NCBI GenBank assembly: GCA_046484245.1
Contig: JAWOBN010000002.1
Coordinates: 1-16,612 of the forward strand
Direction of reading: 5' to 3'
Origin: a bacterium
GTDB lineage: Bacteria; Hydrothermota; 32-111
DNA: 16,612 nucleotides
Every line of letters begins with the position of its first letter. Within the stretch, counting starts at the first letter, position 1. Below are positions 16,169 through 16,612 of the stretch, piece after piece. A model generated the notes under the pieces. That model worked only from the letters and a program-made list of their open reading frames with translations, made no database searches and had not been told where the DNA came from. Both the position numbers and the translations under genes were made by a program.

Positions 16169-16254
16169 ACAAGCCACAAGCTACCGGCAACCAGTTACCG
16201 GAAACTAAAGTTCTACCCGTTCTACACACTCTATTCGCTCTATTCGCTCTAGAT
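16169..16254. repeat. Degenerate short tandem repeats (7-mers then 9-mers)
   Basis: ACAAGCC ACAAGCT ACCGGCA ACCAGTT ACCGGAA (16169-16203); GTTCTACCC GTTCTACAC ACTCTATTC GCTCTATTC GCTCTAGAT (16210-16254). Confidence 0.7.
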
Positions 16255-16319
16255 TATGCATAACAGCTTGTCAAGTTTTCAACATCTGTCCTTTTACCCT
16301 TATTTTGTCAAAACTACCC

Positions 16320-16477
16320 TCCAAATCCCGGGGACGGTCCTTCAGTTCTATAACCTCTATGTTTAATTATTAATTAACTTATGGCGCTCTATTTTCTAAA
16401 TTTATTTATTAGGTAACTTACAATCTCTAGTTTTTGTAAAAAGTTATAGAAGTGAAGGACCGTCCCCGGGATTTGGA
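16320..16477. repeat. Palindromic REPIN/MITE-like element, copy 2
   Basis: 35-bp inverted repeat with one mismatch, TCCAAATCCCGGGGACGGTCCTTCA(G/C)TTCTATAAC (16320-16354 and 16443-16477), around an 88-bp AT-rich spacer. Confidence 0.85.
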
Positions 16478-16612
16478 CAGAATGTATGTAATTGTATAAA
16501 TATCGGGGGTTAGGGGGAGTCAAGGACAAGATTCAGTTATTAGACAATGCGCCTGCTATTTCCGCCACAACGCCGTTTCCGGGTAGAATGCCTCAATTCA
16601 ATATATTTATCT

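Noticed and set aside
15961..16179. 72-aa minus-strand ORF upstream of the TPR gene
   Set aside because: It runs through the repeat mosaic and the predicted promoter, overlaps the TPR start, and has no recognisable features.
16169..16254. Possible CRISPR array
   Set aside because: Units are 7-9 bp and contiguous, with no spacers and no cas genes.
16030..16320. T-box or other leader RNA for ileS
   Set aside because: ileS is third in the operon, the predicted promoter is close to the TPR start, and no T-box consensus is visible.
16478..16612. Possible 3' end of a minus-strand gene at the right edge
   Set aside because: Only about 23 open codons with no recognisable motif; it cannot be supported from this window.

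Overview
Window from a diderm (LptD-encoding) bacterium. It is mostly a minus-strand housekeeping block: TPR protein, upp, ileS, TraR/DksA-family protein, lspA, lptD, then HU, then maf, yjbQ, an outer-membrane protein, DUF4159 and a YdjM-like membrane hydrolase, then a heterodimeric ABC exporter pair. A truncated putative lipoprotein gene lies at the left edge. Two things stand out. (1) A compact plus-strand three-gene operon (4088-5350) follows a perfect PerR-type 7-1-7 box. It encodes an exported superoxide-reductase-like protein whose predicted mature N-terminus is His and whose fourth His ligand is lost, a DUF5777-like beta-barrel, and a 60-aa two-helix protein with an H-x13-H heme-type motif. 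Together these are a candidate uncharacterised envelope redox or metal module. (2) Two related 136-137-bp palindromic elements (291-427 and 16331-16466) share a terminal core, length and an internal motif, but each has its own self-complementary arms. They bracket the block in inverted orientation. All family assignments come from motif recognition by eye; no searches were run.
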